This document shows positions 1 through 9,867 of a stretch of DNA of 64,000 nucleotides, in pieces. How positions within the stretch are numbered: position 1 is the stretch's first letter; every line of letters begins with the position of its first letter. The translations under genes and the position numbers were made by a program. Source of the stretch: a virus; the IMG/VR virus record IMGVR_UViG_3300012000_000008, positions 1 to 64,000 of that record, one strand, 5' to 3'. Under the pieces are notes generated by a model. The model was not told where the DNA came from and did not search any database. It saw only the letters and a program-made list of their open reading frames with translations.

Positions 1-1388
1 ATGATGCTGCAAATACTGGTTACAACATAGGCGACACAAGCAACACAAGTTCTAATATAGAGAGTCATCCACCAACATTAGCCCCTGCTAGCAAAGCAAG
101 CGGATTTATTCAAAGCTCAACCTTAAGACCCACCACAACCAATGTAAATGTTGTTAATGATTTCTATTGGACATATTCTCCACTGGGTGCTTCTAGACGC
201 CAAGAAGTACCAAAAATAATTTTAACTGAAAAAAGACTTAAAACCAACGCCATGGTAGCTCAAATAATTGCTTCCTTTAATACTGCAACTGAAGGGGTAG
301 GAAATGTTTTGGATAATCTTAAAAAATCAGAGATTGGACCTTATGTAAGCAGCTTTACAGAAACATTGCAAAAACTAGCTGAAAGTGCAGGCAACGCTAT
401 TAATAATACTCTTACAGCAGAACAACAAAAACAAATAGCTATTGCAAAAGCAAGAGCCAAATCTTATCTTAACAGATTGCAAAATAAAACAGTGGATGAT
501 AATCCTATCATGAAAACTGACCTTTTACAAGCATACAAAGATTTGTATCCCACAATAGATACAGGATGGAGATACATTTTTCCTTATTTTGATGACTATT
601 ATTCAAGCTCTCAAAATGTATTTGGCAGTGATGGTGTTGGTAATTTAATGAATGTAGGAATTGAAACTTCTGAACTAATTACCAATTTGGCTGCAGCAGC
701 TGGTGCTTTGCAAAAACCATTTGGGTTTAGCTTTCAAGAAAGAGCAAAATTCTATAATTTTCCAACTGAAGGGGAAGAAATTTCTTTTACTTTTCCTCTT
801 ATAAACACTGGCAGCGCTTCTTTTGATGATGTGGTTAGAAACTGGCAATTGCTGTTTATGCTATTGTATCAAAATAAACCAGCAAGACTAAACAGATCCA
901 TAGTTGAACCACCAGTAATTTATCAAGTAGAAATACCTGGCCAAAAATTTTATCCTTTTTGCTATGTTTCCAGTATTACTGTTGATTTTAAAGGTGCAAG
1001 AAGGGAGTTAAAATTTCAATTACCCTTTCAAAATACCGTATATAATGACTCTGGAAGAACAGAAGGTGTAGAAGAAGTGCCCATTATAGATGAACAAATA
1101 CAGACTGAAAACAGAACCTTTACAACCATAATACCTGATGCTTACATGGTAAAAATTACCTTAAAATCATTGCTAGCAGAAACCAGAAATTTCATGGTTT
1201 ATGCATTACAAGCAGGCCAAGGTGGTGATACACGCATAAAAATACAGAATCAAGATGAAAACATTAAAAACTTAAATACCCAGCGTTTAGGCAATAGTTT
1301 TGCTTTGCCTGGTGATGAATTCAATGGACCAACTTTTCCTACCAATAACAACACCAATTTTTCAACAAATACTAACATACCTCAATAA
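1..1388 (+). CDS. Baseplate/tail-tube-associated protein (T4 gp48/gp54-like), 5'-truncated by the window edge
   Basis: Frame is open from position 3 to the stop at 1388. The segment 'EISFTFPLINT...PPVIYQVEIPGQKFYPFCYVSSITVDF' resembles tail-tube-fold baseplate proteins, and the gene precedes a gp53-like gene. Confidence 0.5.
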   Translation, partial: DAANTGYNIGDTSNTSSNIESHPPTLAPASKASGFIQSSTLRPTTTNVNVVNDFYWTYSPLGASRRQEVPKIILTEKRLKTNAMVAQIIASFNTATEGVGNVLDNLKKSEIGPYVSSFTETLQKLAESAGNAINNTLTAEQQKQIAIAKARAKSYLNRLQNKTVDDNPIMKTDLLQAYKDLYPTIDTGWRYIFPYFDDYYSSSQNVFGSDGVGNLMNVGIETSELITNLAAAAGALQKPFGFSFQERAKFYNFPTEGEEISFTFPLINTGSASFDDVVRNWQLLFMLLYQNKPARLNRSIVEPPVIYQVEIPGQKFYPFCYVSSITVDFKGARRELKFQLPFQNTVYNDSGRTEGVEEVPIIDEQIQTENRTFTTIIPDAYMVKITLKSLLAETRNFMVYALQAGQGGDTRIKIQNQDENIKNLNTQRLGNSFALPGDEFNGPTFPTNNNTNFSTNTNIPQ

Positions 1389-1409
1389 TATTTTTTCATA
1401 AATAATTTT

Positions 1410-1775
1410 ATGGATTTAGGTAAATATCAAAACAATATACCAGAATTGTCCAATTTAAACAATTTAAGATATGAAAATATTTTTAAAATGTATAAAAATA
1501 AGGATGCTCAGTATTTTTACAATATTACCAAAACCATAACTGTTCCCGAAGATATTGATCCAGGTCAAATCATATACTACAGAATAAGAAGAAAAATGCC
1601 TTGGACCATGGTAAGCTTTAATATTTACAACACTATAGAACTGTGGTGGTTAATATGCCTTCTTAATAAAATAAAGAACCCTGTTGAAGCTCCAGAAACA
1701 GGCATAATTATTAAAGCTTTAAATCCAGATATTGTTTCTCAAGTCATATCTGAAATTAAAAAGCAATTAGTATGA
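1410..1775 (+). CDS. gp53: Baseplate wedge protein, T4 gp53-like
   Basis: Motif 'WTMVSFNIYNTIELWWLICLLNKIKNP' is typical of gp53/LysM-like wedge proteins; baseplate context. Confidence 0.7.
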   Translation: MDLGKYQNNIPELSNLNNLRYENIFKMYKNKDAQYFYNITKTITVPEDIDPGQIIYYRIRRKMPWTMVSFNIYNTIELWWLICLLNKIKNPVEAPETGIIIKALNPDIVSQVISEIKKQLV

Positions 1776-3355
1776 GCGACTATCTACCTGCAAGCAACGA
1801 TTCAAAATATAGCAGCTTCTCTTACTTAATAAATAACAATTTTTATGATTTTAGAGTCTTCTTAGTATCATTTGACGGCAGAATAAAATCTTTGAGCCCC
1901 TCATCCATAAGAACCTTGATGCTTAATGACTGCCTGGACAGACCTTTTCATGATGGATACATTATTTTAGATAATAGAGAAGATAATATTGAAAGCAGTT
2001 ATTTTAACAAAGATAAAGATCCCACTTCTCCTGATTATTACATTCCTAAAAATACTAATAACTATGATCAATATGGAACTTTTATTTTTAATGGAGATTG
2101 TAGAGATATTTTAAAAATTGAAATATTACCCAAAGTTTCAGAAAATATTTCAACAGTTTATTCTGAAGATACGTTGCGTTATTTTTTACTTAAATTTGAT
2201 TTTGTCATATACAATACTGAAGAATTTAATGATGGAAGCTCTGGAGAAAAATTAAAAAAACTTTATTTCTGGGACTATCATTATGAATTGTTAAGAGAGA
2301 AGAATTCATACTTTTCAACTTCCAACTACCTCAGATCAGATGCAGATATCTCTACTCTTAGCAATAATGAAAGAAGAATTCCAACTGGTGCTGCTTTATC
2401 TTCATTACTTGTGGAAACATTTGATCCAAATGAAATTGGCTTTAATACAGCATTTGAAAAATTTGATACAGGCAGTACCACCATATTTTTTAGTGCACCT
2501 GCAAATTATAAAGCGCTGGACTCACTTAATTACATATTATCTAAGCATGTAGGCAGTCCAGACTCAAATTTTGACTCTTGTATTTTTAGATTAAATAGGT
2601 ACCCAAAAGCTTTTAGTCTCAGAAGCTTCAAAGACATTTTTACTAATGCAGTTACTTTTCAAAATGGATCTCTTTCTCCAGGGTTTGAATACCTGGAAAC
2701 TTATAAAGTTGCAGGTTATCAAGAGTTAAGTAATTCTACAGTACCAACTTTAAACATAGAATATGCACCTTCCATAGCTCCCTATTTCAAAACTGCAGGT
2801 AATATTGATGCATATAGTTTTGATTTTATTGCAGGGCAATATTCTCAACAAGAAATAAACAGCAAAGCTGTTCATTTCTATGATTATACTAGAAAAGAAT
2901 TTGAAATTGATTGTTTTAGAAATAGCATAGATGAATTTCTTAAAGCAGCCAAAGCAGATTATATCCTACCACTAGCACCACAAGGCACTGAAACATTTCA
3001 AATGGGTAAATTTAGAACAGAAAATAAAAATTTAAAAAATGTATTTGCTTCAGTTGAACAAAATCCCAATCAAAGATTAAGTCTGGGGCTATCTAAAAAT
3101 CTTAAAAATTATATTATGTTAAATAATTTTGTAACCTTTAGAGTCCAGGGCTCAACTCATAGACAGTCAGGCAAATTTATAGGCATAGTAAGAGATTCAA
3201 GCAAACAACCATCTGACTTTGATAAGAAATTTTTGGGCATTTATTTAATTATAGAAGTCAAACATTTGTTTCAGGATGCATCTTATTTTAATGATTTAAT
3301 TTGTGTAAAAACCTATCTATTGAATGATTTGTTTTTAAATAAAAATGTGTTATGA
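1772..3355 (+). CDS. Baseplate hub protein (gp27/GpD-like)
   Basis: C-terminal 'FRVQGSTHRQSGKFIGI...FLGIYLIIEVKHLF' is the pattern of hub proteins; follows the gp53-like gene. Confidence 0.6.
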   Translation: MSDYLPASNDSKYSSFSYLINNNFYDFRVFLVSFDGRIKSLSPSSIRTLMLNDCLDRPFHDGYIILDNREDNIESSYFNKDKDPTSPDYYIPKNTNNYDQYGTFIFNGDCRDILKIEILPKVSENISTVYSEDTLRYFLLKFDFVIYNTEEFNDGSSGEKLKKLYFWDYHYELLREKNSYFSTSNYLRSDADISTLSNNERRIPTGAALSSLLVETFDPNEIGFNTAFEKFDTGSTTIFFSAPANYKALDSLNYILSKHVGSPDSNFDSCIFRLNRYPKAFSLRSFKDIFTNAVTFQNGSLSPGFEYLETYKVAGYQELSNSTVPTLNIEYAPSIAPYFKTAGNIDAYSFDFIAGQYSQQEINSKAVHFYDYTRKEFEIDCFRNSIDEFLKAAKADYILPLAPQGTETFQMGKFRTENKNLKNVFASVEQNPNQRLSLGLSKNLKNYIMLNNFVTFRVQGSTHRQSGKFIGIVRDSSKQPSDFDKKFLGIYLIIEVKHLFQDASYFNDLICVKTYLLNDLFLNKNVL

Positions 3356-4320
3356 AAACTGCTGTTAATACATCTTTTCCTAAGCTAGCAGATATAAATT
3401 TTGCTAAAAATACAGATTTTGTAAAAAAATTTAGCAATTATTTAGATGTAATAGGCAATTTCACAACTGAAATAGGCATAAGTTTGGATTATTATAATTG
3501 TCTTGTAAGTGGTGATGTTACAACATCGCTTATAAATTTTTATAAAGATATTAATGATAATAAATTAAAAATTTTAAGCAATGATTTTGTAAATTTTTGG
3601 GTCAACAGATTTTCTAGCACTACAGAGCCCTTGAAACAAATTATTTTAGAAGAAGTTGGGTCTGATAAAAATAGTTTTTTTACTGAATTAAGCGATTCAA
3701 TTGGTATATTATTAAACAGTTACAATTTATTAGATGATGCAACCATACCTTTTTTTGACTATACAACCAACATCTATAATGCGCCCAATACTATACCTGT
3801 GCAATTAAGAAACAAAATTTCTCCTACTACACTGCAAGTAGCAAATAATTTATCTAAATCTAATACAATTTTAATGAGAAACAATCTTAAAAAAATAAAT
3901 CTTCCTACCCCTGGTGTTGACCCTTCTGCTGATGCTCTTACATCTCATGGTTTAAATTTAATAACTGATTTGAATTCGTACGTAATTATTAATAATAATT
4001 TAGCTGAACCTATTTATAGTCTTATAAAATATTATTCTAATATATACTCATACATTGCTTTTTTAAATAACATAGGAAACAATGATGGATACAACCCAAG
4101 AGATGCAACAGAAAAAACTGGTACCAATCAACAGTACATAAATGAATTATTTTTTAGTCTGGATATTGAAAAAATAACACAAACAGTGGATTTGTTGCAG
4201 AGAAAATTTAAAAATATCATGAGTTACAGTACCATAAAAAATACTATTTCTAATATCATAACAGAATCTACAGCAACCAATACAACTACTGAAATTAACC
4301 AAACTGAAGGACTATCATAA
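3352..4320 (+). CDS. Hypothetical protein, probably virion/baseplate
   Basis: 322-aa ORF coupled by an ATGA overlap to the hub gene. Confidence 0.5.
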   Translation: MKTAVNTSFPKLADINFAKNTDFVKKFSNYLDVIGNFTTEIGISLDYYNCLVSGDVTTSLINFYKDINDNKLKILSNDFVNFWVNRFSSTTEPLKQIILEEVGSDKNSFFTELSDSIGILLNSYNLLDDATIPFFDYTTNIYNAPNTIPVQLRNKISPTTLQVANNLSKSNTILMRNNLKKINLPTPGVDPSADALTSHGLNLITDLNSYVIINNNLAEPIYSLIKYYSNIYSYIAFLNNIGNNDGYNPRDATEKTGTNQQYINELFFSLDIEKITQTVDLLQRKFKNIMSYSTIKNTISNIITESTATNTTTEINQTEGLS

Positions 4321-4328
4321 GTAATTTT

Positions 4329-4970
4329 ATGGCTACATCTACGCCCAATTCCAAATCAGTTCCAGTACCAGCTGATAGCACACCAGAATATGCCATAAAA
4401 CTAACAGACAATATCAATCAATTGCAAGAAATTGATTCCTTGGCAAGTAATTTTCCAGGCTTACCTGATATAAATGAGCTAGCAAGTCCTGAAGATTTGC
4501 TCTCTTATGTTACAGATTTTATAGATATACCTTCTTACATGCCCAGTATTAATTTGGGCGGTATTACTGAACTGGCGAGTTCTGCAGCCTCACTTGCAGG
4601 GCAACCACCATTAGATGCAGGTGCACTACTTGGCAATGCTACTGGCCTTATAACAGGTGATTTTGATTTTGAATCACTGGATCCATTTGGTTTATTTAGC
4701 ATCATTGAACAAGCAAAAAATATTGCATGTAATTTCACAATTCCCAGTATTACAGTACCTGATATTGAGGCCATATTTAATGCAAAAATAAATGAACAAG
4801 AAGAAAAATTTAAAAGTCTTGCCATTAAATTTAATGGTATTGAAGGATTTAATGTTGAAGAATTTCTTAAAAAAGCTGTTAAAAGCTTTGAAAAGAAGAT
4901 TACTGATGCATTTAAAAGCCTATACAACAAATTGTTTACTTGTCAGTCTGAGGGTGATCAATCTGCTTAG
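4329..4970 (+). CDS. Hypothetical protein
   Basis: 213-aa ORF; TAAGTA late-type motif 5 nt before the ATG. Confidence 0.55.
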   Translation: MATSTPNSKSVPVPADSTPEYAIKLTDNINQLQEIDSLASNFPGLPDINELASPEDLLSYVTDFIDIPSYMPSINLGGITELASSAASLAGQPPLDAGALLGNATGLITGDFDFESLDPFGLFSIIEQAKNIACNFTIPSITVPDIEAIFNAKINEQEEKFKSLAIKFNGIEGFNVEEFLKKAVKSFEKKITDAFKSLYNKLFTCQSEGDQSA

Positions 4971-5415
4971 TTTCCACAATCTCTGCATCAATTGCACCAG
5001 CAGCTAGTAGTTTAAATATTTGTTCTCTTGTTGCTAACATTTTTGATTCATTATTTTCTTGATTCATTTCTTTTCTTGCATCTATATCCATTTGCTTGAC
5101 CTTGACAATTGTATCTGTTTTTTTATCATTAATAGCAATTCTGTTGAGCGTTTCAATTGCATTTGCTGCAGCTGAAATTAAACTTGCAAATGCATCAACA
5201 TCTTTTGCTTCTGGTGCATTTACAATATAATCCCTCACATTTTTTACCATTTCAATGGTTTCCTTAACAAGATTGCCTCCATTTTCAATAACAAATTTTT
5301 CTAATTCTTCTTTCTTAAGTGGATTGGTTTCTTTTTCTACTTCTTTTGCTTTAGCTTGAGCTTCATTTAGTTGACTCAATAAATCACCTACCATTTCATT
5401 CAATTCCTCACTCAT
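4936..5415 (-). CDS. Probable terminase small subunit (T4 gp16-like)
   Basis: Helical protein of fitting size; central 'DVDAFASLISAAANAIETL' helix and C-terminal 'ATREQIFKLL' resemble gp16 architecture; late motif upstream. Confidence 0.5.
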   Translation of the reverse strand: MSEELNEMVGDLLSQLNEAQAKAKEVEKETNPLKKEELEKFVIENGGNLVKETIEMVKNVRDYIVNAPEAKDVDAFASLISAAANAIETLNRIAINDKKTDTIVKVKQMDIDARKEMNQENNESKMLATREQIFKLLAAGAIDAEIVETKQIDHPQTDK

Positions 5416-5434
5416 TAGAAATATTTAATTGATA

Positions 5435-5468
5435 TTGATTTTTATCAAACATATATTATTATTAAAGC
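5435..5468 (+). promoter_or_regulatory. Sigma70-like promoter, leaderless geometry (dUTPase)
   Basis: TTGATT-N16-TATTAT-N6-ATG. Confidence 0.55.
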
Positions 5469-5933
5469 ATGATTAGTATTAAGGATACAGACCCTAATTT
5501 TGCATATTTACCTGTTTTAAGGTTTGAAAAGACACATGCAGATGCCAAGCTACCCACAAAAAACCATGAATCTGACACAGGTTATGATGTGTTTTGCATT
5601 GAAGATAAGATTGTCCCGGCCCAGGGCAGTGCAATAGTATCAGTAGGGTTAAAATTTGCAGAAATACCTGAAGGTTATTGGGTTAAAGTTGAGAGTCGCA
5701 GTGGCATGGGATTCAAGCATGGTATCATGGCCCACCCAGGCATAATAGACAATGGATACAGAGGTGACGCAGGAATCAAACTATACAATTTAACTGATAA
5801 AGATTATGAAATAAAAAAGGGTGACAGAATTGCACAATTTGTAATCTACATGACAGTTCATATGCAAGTAGAGGAAGGTAAAGTTGTGGTAACTACTAGA
5901 GGTGACAAGGGATTTGGTAGTTCAGGCAAATGA
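5469..5933 (+). CDS. dut: dUTPase (trimeric)
   Basis: Motifs GYD, RSG, GIIDNGYRG, GDRIAQ and RGDKGFGSSG. Confidence 0.96.
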   Translation: MISIKDTDPNFAYLPVLRFEKTHADAKLPTKNHESDTGYDVFCIEDKIVPAQGSAIVSVGLKFAEIPEGYWVKVESRSGMGFKHGIMAHPGIIDNGYRGDAGIKLYNLTDKDYEIKKGDRIAQFVIYMTVHMQVEEGKVVVTTRGDKGFGSSGK

Positions 5934-6886
5934 CCATTAACGATTTTAGTAATTTATGGTGTGAGAAATACCGTCCAAAAATCTTGGGTGATTTTGTTGT
6001 ATCTGAAAGAAATTTAGAAATTATAAATTCTTTTAAGAAGAAAGCTCAAATACCAAATCTACTTTTCACTGGCACACCAGGCATAGGCAAAACAACATTA
6101 GCAAAGATTATTGTTAACGATATTCTCAACTGCCAGTATTTGTACATAAATGCAAGTGATGAAAATGGTATTGACACCATACGTACCAAGGTTACAAGCT
6201 TTGCACAGACCAAAAGTTTTGATGGTAATTTAAAGACCATTATTTTAGATGAATGCGATGGCATTTCAATTGATGCACAAAGGGCACTGCGCAATACCAT
6301 GGAAGAATTATCTGGATTTGCAAGATTTATTCTCACAGCCAACTACAAATATAAAATTATTCCTGCACTACAAAGCAGATGTCAGACCTTAGATTTAACA
6401 CCCCCACTGGATTCTGTTCTTAAGAGATGTGCATATATCTTGAAAAATGAGAATATAGCAGTTGAAAATGGTCAAAAAGCTAAACTTTTAGAACTAGTTA
6501 GAAATTTTTATCCTGACCTCCGTAAATGCATAAATGAACTCCAAAAATCATCTGTATCAGAAAAACTTAAGATCAATGAATTTGATAGCAATGATTTAAT
6601 CAATTTGATTTACAAAGAAATTAAAAACAAAAATATTAATTCACTCCGGAAAGCACTCATTGAAAATGAAGCAACTTTTAATTCTGATTATGTAGCTCTA
6701 TTAAGAGAACTGTTTAATTTTATAGAACAGAATGAAACAGATGATAATTTTAAAAAGAAAGCTCTTGTTATTATTGCTGAACATCTGTACCGTTCAGCAT
6801 TTGTTGTAGATCAAGAAATAAATTTCTTTGCGTGTATTGTGTTACTATCTGATACTCAGCTCTTGGGCAAATATTGTGCTGTGTAA
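5930..6886 (+). CDS. gp44: Sliding-clamp loader AAA+ subunit (T4 gp44/RFC-like)
   Basis: WCEKYRP, Walker A GTPGIGKT, NASDENG, DECD and ALQSRC motifs. Confidence 0.92.
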   Translation: MTINDFSNLWCEKYRPKILGDFVVSERNLEIINSFKKKAQIPNLLFTGTPGIGKTTLAKIIVNDILNCQYLYINASDENGIDTIRTKVTSFAQTKSFDGNLKTIILDECDGISIDAQRALRNTMEELSGFARFILTANYKYKIIPALQSRCQTLDLTPPLDSVLKRCAYILKNENIAVENGQKAKLLELVRNFYPDLRKCINELQKSSVSEKLKINEFDSNDLINLIYKEIKNKNINSLRKALIENEATFNSDYVALLRELFNFIEQNETDDNFKKKALVIIAEHLYRSAFVVDQEINFFACIVLLSDTQLLGKYCAV

Positions 6887-7461
6887 GATGCGGGATCCTT
6901 ATGACCTTCTGCAGGTTTTGAAGGTATCTTTACATTTACATTTTTTAGCTCTCTATCACCTGTTTCCAACTTCTTATCTCCCACATCAGATAAGTGTGTT
7001 TTTGATCTGGGTGTAAGCATAGTTTTATCATCGTTAATTGTCACTTCTGAAGGCTTGATTTGCACCTTGTTATCATATTTTAATTTGTCTGGTACTGGAG
7101 GTAAATTTGGATAATCAGAAAAACGATCCAACAGAGTTGAAGGCACAGTTACAGCTTTATTAACATCATACAGACCAGGGGCAATTTCAGGCACCACTTC
7201 AATGTTAAAACTATAACCAAAATCATCTGGATTGCCTGCACCCATTACTGCAGGCATGAATGATTTAACATTACGTACCCTTAGATTTACACCTGAATTT
7301 ATAAGTTCTTGTACTGCTGCCTTGGTTTCAGTAGGTGCATTTTTAAAAAAATCATGAGATAGAGCTTTATCTACAAATTTAACTCTATCACTAGTTAAAA
7401 ATCCACCTCTTGTGTATCTTGACAATGTAGCTTCAAAGAGCTTTATAAATTTCTTTTCCAT
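6856..7461 (-). CDS. Hypothetical protein (possibly head-associated)
   Basis: 201-aa ORF; late motif TAAATA-N6-ATG; N-terminus MEKKFIKLFE. Confidence 0.55.
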   Translation of the reverse strand: MEKKFIKLFEATLSRYTRGGFLTSDRVKFVDKALSHDFFKNAPTETKAAVQELINSGVNLRVRNVKSFMPAVMGAGNPDDFGYSFNIEVVPEIAPGLYDVNKAVTVPSTLLDRFSDYPNLPPVPDKLKYDNKVQIKPSEVTINDDKTMLTPRSKTHLSDVGDKKLETGDRELKNVNVKIPSKPAEGHKDPASYTAQYLPKS

Positions 7462-7522
7462 TTAAATTATTTATTTTCAAGAGCTTAATATTCCTTCTTT
7501 ATTTATAATAATAAATAATAAT

Positions 7523-8002
7523 GTGGCCAATATAAGCATCAATTCACTTAAAAAAACAGATAAAACAGAGCAAGGCTTTACTTATTCAGATTTAAAACTG
7601 GATTTACAGTTCAATTACACTGTTAACAATGAATTATTAAAGAATAAAGAAATTAAAGATTCAATCAATAGTTTTGATTATGATGCTATTAAAAACAGCA
7701 TAGTTAATATCTTTACCACCATTCCTGGTCAAAAGCTACTAAACCCATATTTTGGGTTAAATTTAGCAAAATATCTATTTGAACCTGTGAATGAAGAAAC
7801 TGCGGCAGTTATTGCTAATGACATAATTTTCGGTCTGAATACATATGAACCCAGAATTATCATAAGAAATTTGGACGTATTGTATAGTGAAGAAAATCAA
7901 ACATATACCATTGGTTTGACCTTTACAGTTCCTCAAATAAAAAATAAAGAATTAAAATTGGTAGGAACGTTGAGCAACTCAGGTTTCTTTTTAAATAATT
8001 AA
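7523..8002 (+). CDS. gp25: Baseplate wedge/sheath initiator, T4 gp25-like
   Basis: 'AIKNSIVNIFTTIPGQKLLNPYFG...YLFEP...YEPRI' is the gp25/GpW signature. Confidence 0.9.
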   Translation: MANISINSLKKTDKTEQGFTYSDLKLDLQFNYTVNNELLKNKEIKDSINSFDYDAIKNSIVNIFTTIPGQKLLNPYFGLNLAKYLFEPVNEETAAVIANDIIFGLNTYEPRIIIRNLDVLYSEENQTYTIGLTFTVPQIKNKELKLVGTLSNSGFFLNN

Positions 8003-8004
8003 AC

Positions 8005-9867
8005 ATGGCCTCTGACAATACATTTAATAATTTTGATTTAAACGTTGATAGCTATGCTGCGTTTGATGCACTTTCATTAAAACAGCTCATAATTTCAAGA
8101 TTAAACAGCAACACAATTTTTACAGATCAAAATTTTGAAGGCAGCAATATTTCTTCTGTTATTGATATTATTGCATATGCATACAATGTATTGTTGTTTT
8201 ATTTGAACCAAACTGCTGCAGAATCAACTTTTACTTCTGCTCAAGTTTATGAAAACATAAACAAAATTGTAAAACTTATTGGCTACAAACCCATAGGTAT
8301 TCAAACTGCCATACTCCCATTTCAAGCTACAGCCAACTATCAACTACTACCAGAAACTTATACCATTCAAAGGTATTCATACTTTACTGTTAATGGCATA
8401 GTTTTTAGTTTCAACAGCGACTCTACATTTACAAAAACAATTACTGGCACAGAATTTTTATCAGATTTTAGTGAACAAAATTTACTTTATCAAGGTTCAT
8501 ATACTGAGTATCCTACCTATGTTGCTACTGGAGAACCTTTTGAAGTTCTTACTATGACAGTTGTTGATAATCAAGGAAATAATATTTTAATTGATCATTT
8601 TAATATTGATGTTTATGTTAGAGACAACACTCTATCAAACCCAGTTTGGACAAAATGGGAACCCACACAGTCTTTATTTCTTGAAAGAAGCAATTCATTT
8701 AAATATGAAATAAGATTAAATGAAGACGGTAGATATGAAATAAAATTTGGTAACAATATAAATGGCAAGCAACTTAACTTTAATGATGAAGTTGCTGTTT
8801 ACTATATTAAATCTAATGGTGTCCAAGGGCAAGTGGGCCCCAATGTGCTCAATGGCAATTCCCTATTTTCATATAATACGCCAAGATTTCAGCAAATTAA
8901 AGCTAATACCACATCACCTAATTTAAAAATTCTTTCACAAACCGAACTTTCTTATCTTTCTTTTAGCAATACTGACCCATCAACCAATTATGTTGAGTCT
9001 GAATCTGTAGCAAGCATTAAAAATAATGCCATAAATACATTCAAAAGCCAGTACAGGCTCATAACATCTGAAGATTTTACTACCTATTTGCTTAAAAATT
9101 ATGGAAATATTTTAGCTTCAGCAAAAGTTGTTAACAATTGGGATTACATAAGCCAGCATGTAAAATATTATTTTGATTTAGGAATAGAAAAACCAAATTT
9201 AGAATCAAGAGTTTTATTTAATCAAGTCAAGTTTGCAGATGCATGCAATTTTAATAACATATATGTTTATGCTGTTCCTAAGTTGGAAAAATTAACTTCC
9301 CTTACCACAAGAGCCAATTATCTTAATGCTGCACAAAAGAATTTGATTATAAATGATTTAAACACAACTAAATTAGCTACAGCAGAAGTAGTAATTAATG
9401 ATCCTGTGTACATGCAAGTGGATGTAGGTGTTAAAATTCCTGATGAGGTATTAACTCCTGATATTTCTAAAAACAGTTATATTCAAATTACAAGGAATAT
9501 TACTGCTAAAAGAAATCCTGAAGCAATTAAAAAACAAGTTTCACAAATTTTTCAAAATTATTTCTCAACTACAAAAGATAATTTAGGCCTTCTTCTTTCT
9601 CTAACAGATCTATCCAATCAAATTAGTAAAATTGAAGGTGTAACTGATATTAAAACTATAAGAGTAGAAAACGGTAATACATATGAAACCCCAGGAATTA
9701 GCCTGGTAATCTACAATCCTGTCTACCCTTACACAGATATAAATGTAATATCTCAAGACACACAATTGCCTTTCTTTAAATTTCCGTTCTTAAATAATTC
9801 TTTAGATTTTATTAACAAAGTAGTAGTTGTTACACCCTCTATTCAGCTACTTCAGAGAGAGTTCTAA
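8005..9867 (+). CDS. gp6: Baseplate wedge protein, T4 gp6-like
   Basis: 'FTDQNFEGSNISSVIDIIAY', 'KLIGYKP', 'YEIKFGNNINGK' and 'SQYRLITSEDF'; follows gp25. Confidence 0.88.
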   Translation: MASDNTFNNFDLNVDSYAAFDALSLKQLIISRLNSNTIFTDQNFEGSNISSVIDIIAYAYNVLLFYLNQTAAESTFTSAQVYENINKIVKLIGYKPIGIQTAILPFQATANYQLLPETYTIQRYSYFTVNGIVFSFNSDSTFTKTITGTEFLSDFSEQNLLYQGSYTEYPTYVATGEPFEVLTMTVVDNQGNNILIDHFNIDVYVRDNTLSNPVWTKWEPTQSLFLERSNSFKYEIRLNEDGRYEIKFGNNINGKQLNFNDEVAVYYIKSNGVQGQVGPNVLNGNSLFSYNTPRFQQIKANTTSPNLKILSQTELSYLSFSNTDPSTNYVESESVASIKNNAINTFKSQYRLITSEDFTTYLLKNYGNILASAKVVNNWDYISQHVKYYFDLGIEKPNLESRVLFNQVKFADACNFNNIYVYAVPKLEKLTSLTTRANYLNAAQKNLIINDLNTTKLATAEVVINDPVYMQVDVGVKIPDEVLTPDISKNSYIQITRNITAKRNPEAIKKQVSQIFQNYFSTTKDNLGLLLSLTDLSNQISKIEGVTDIKTIRVENGNTYETPGISLVIYNPVYPYTDINVISQDTQLPFFKFPFLNNSLDFINKVVVVTPSIQLLQREF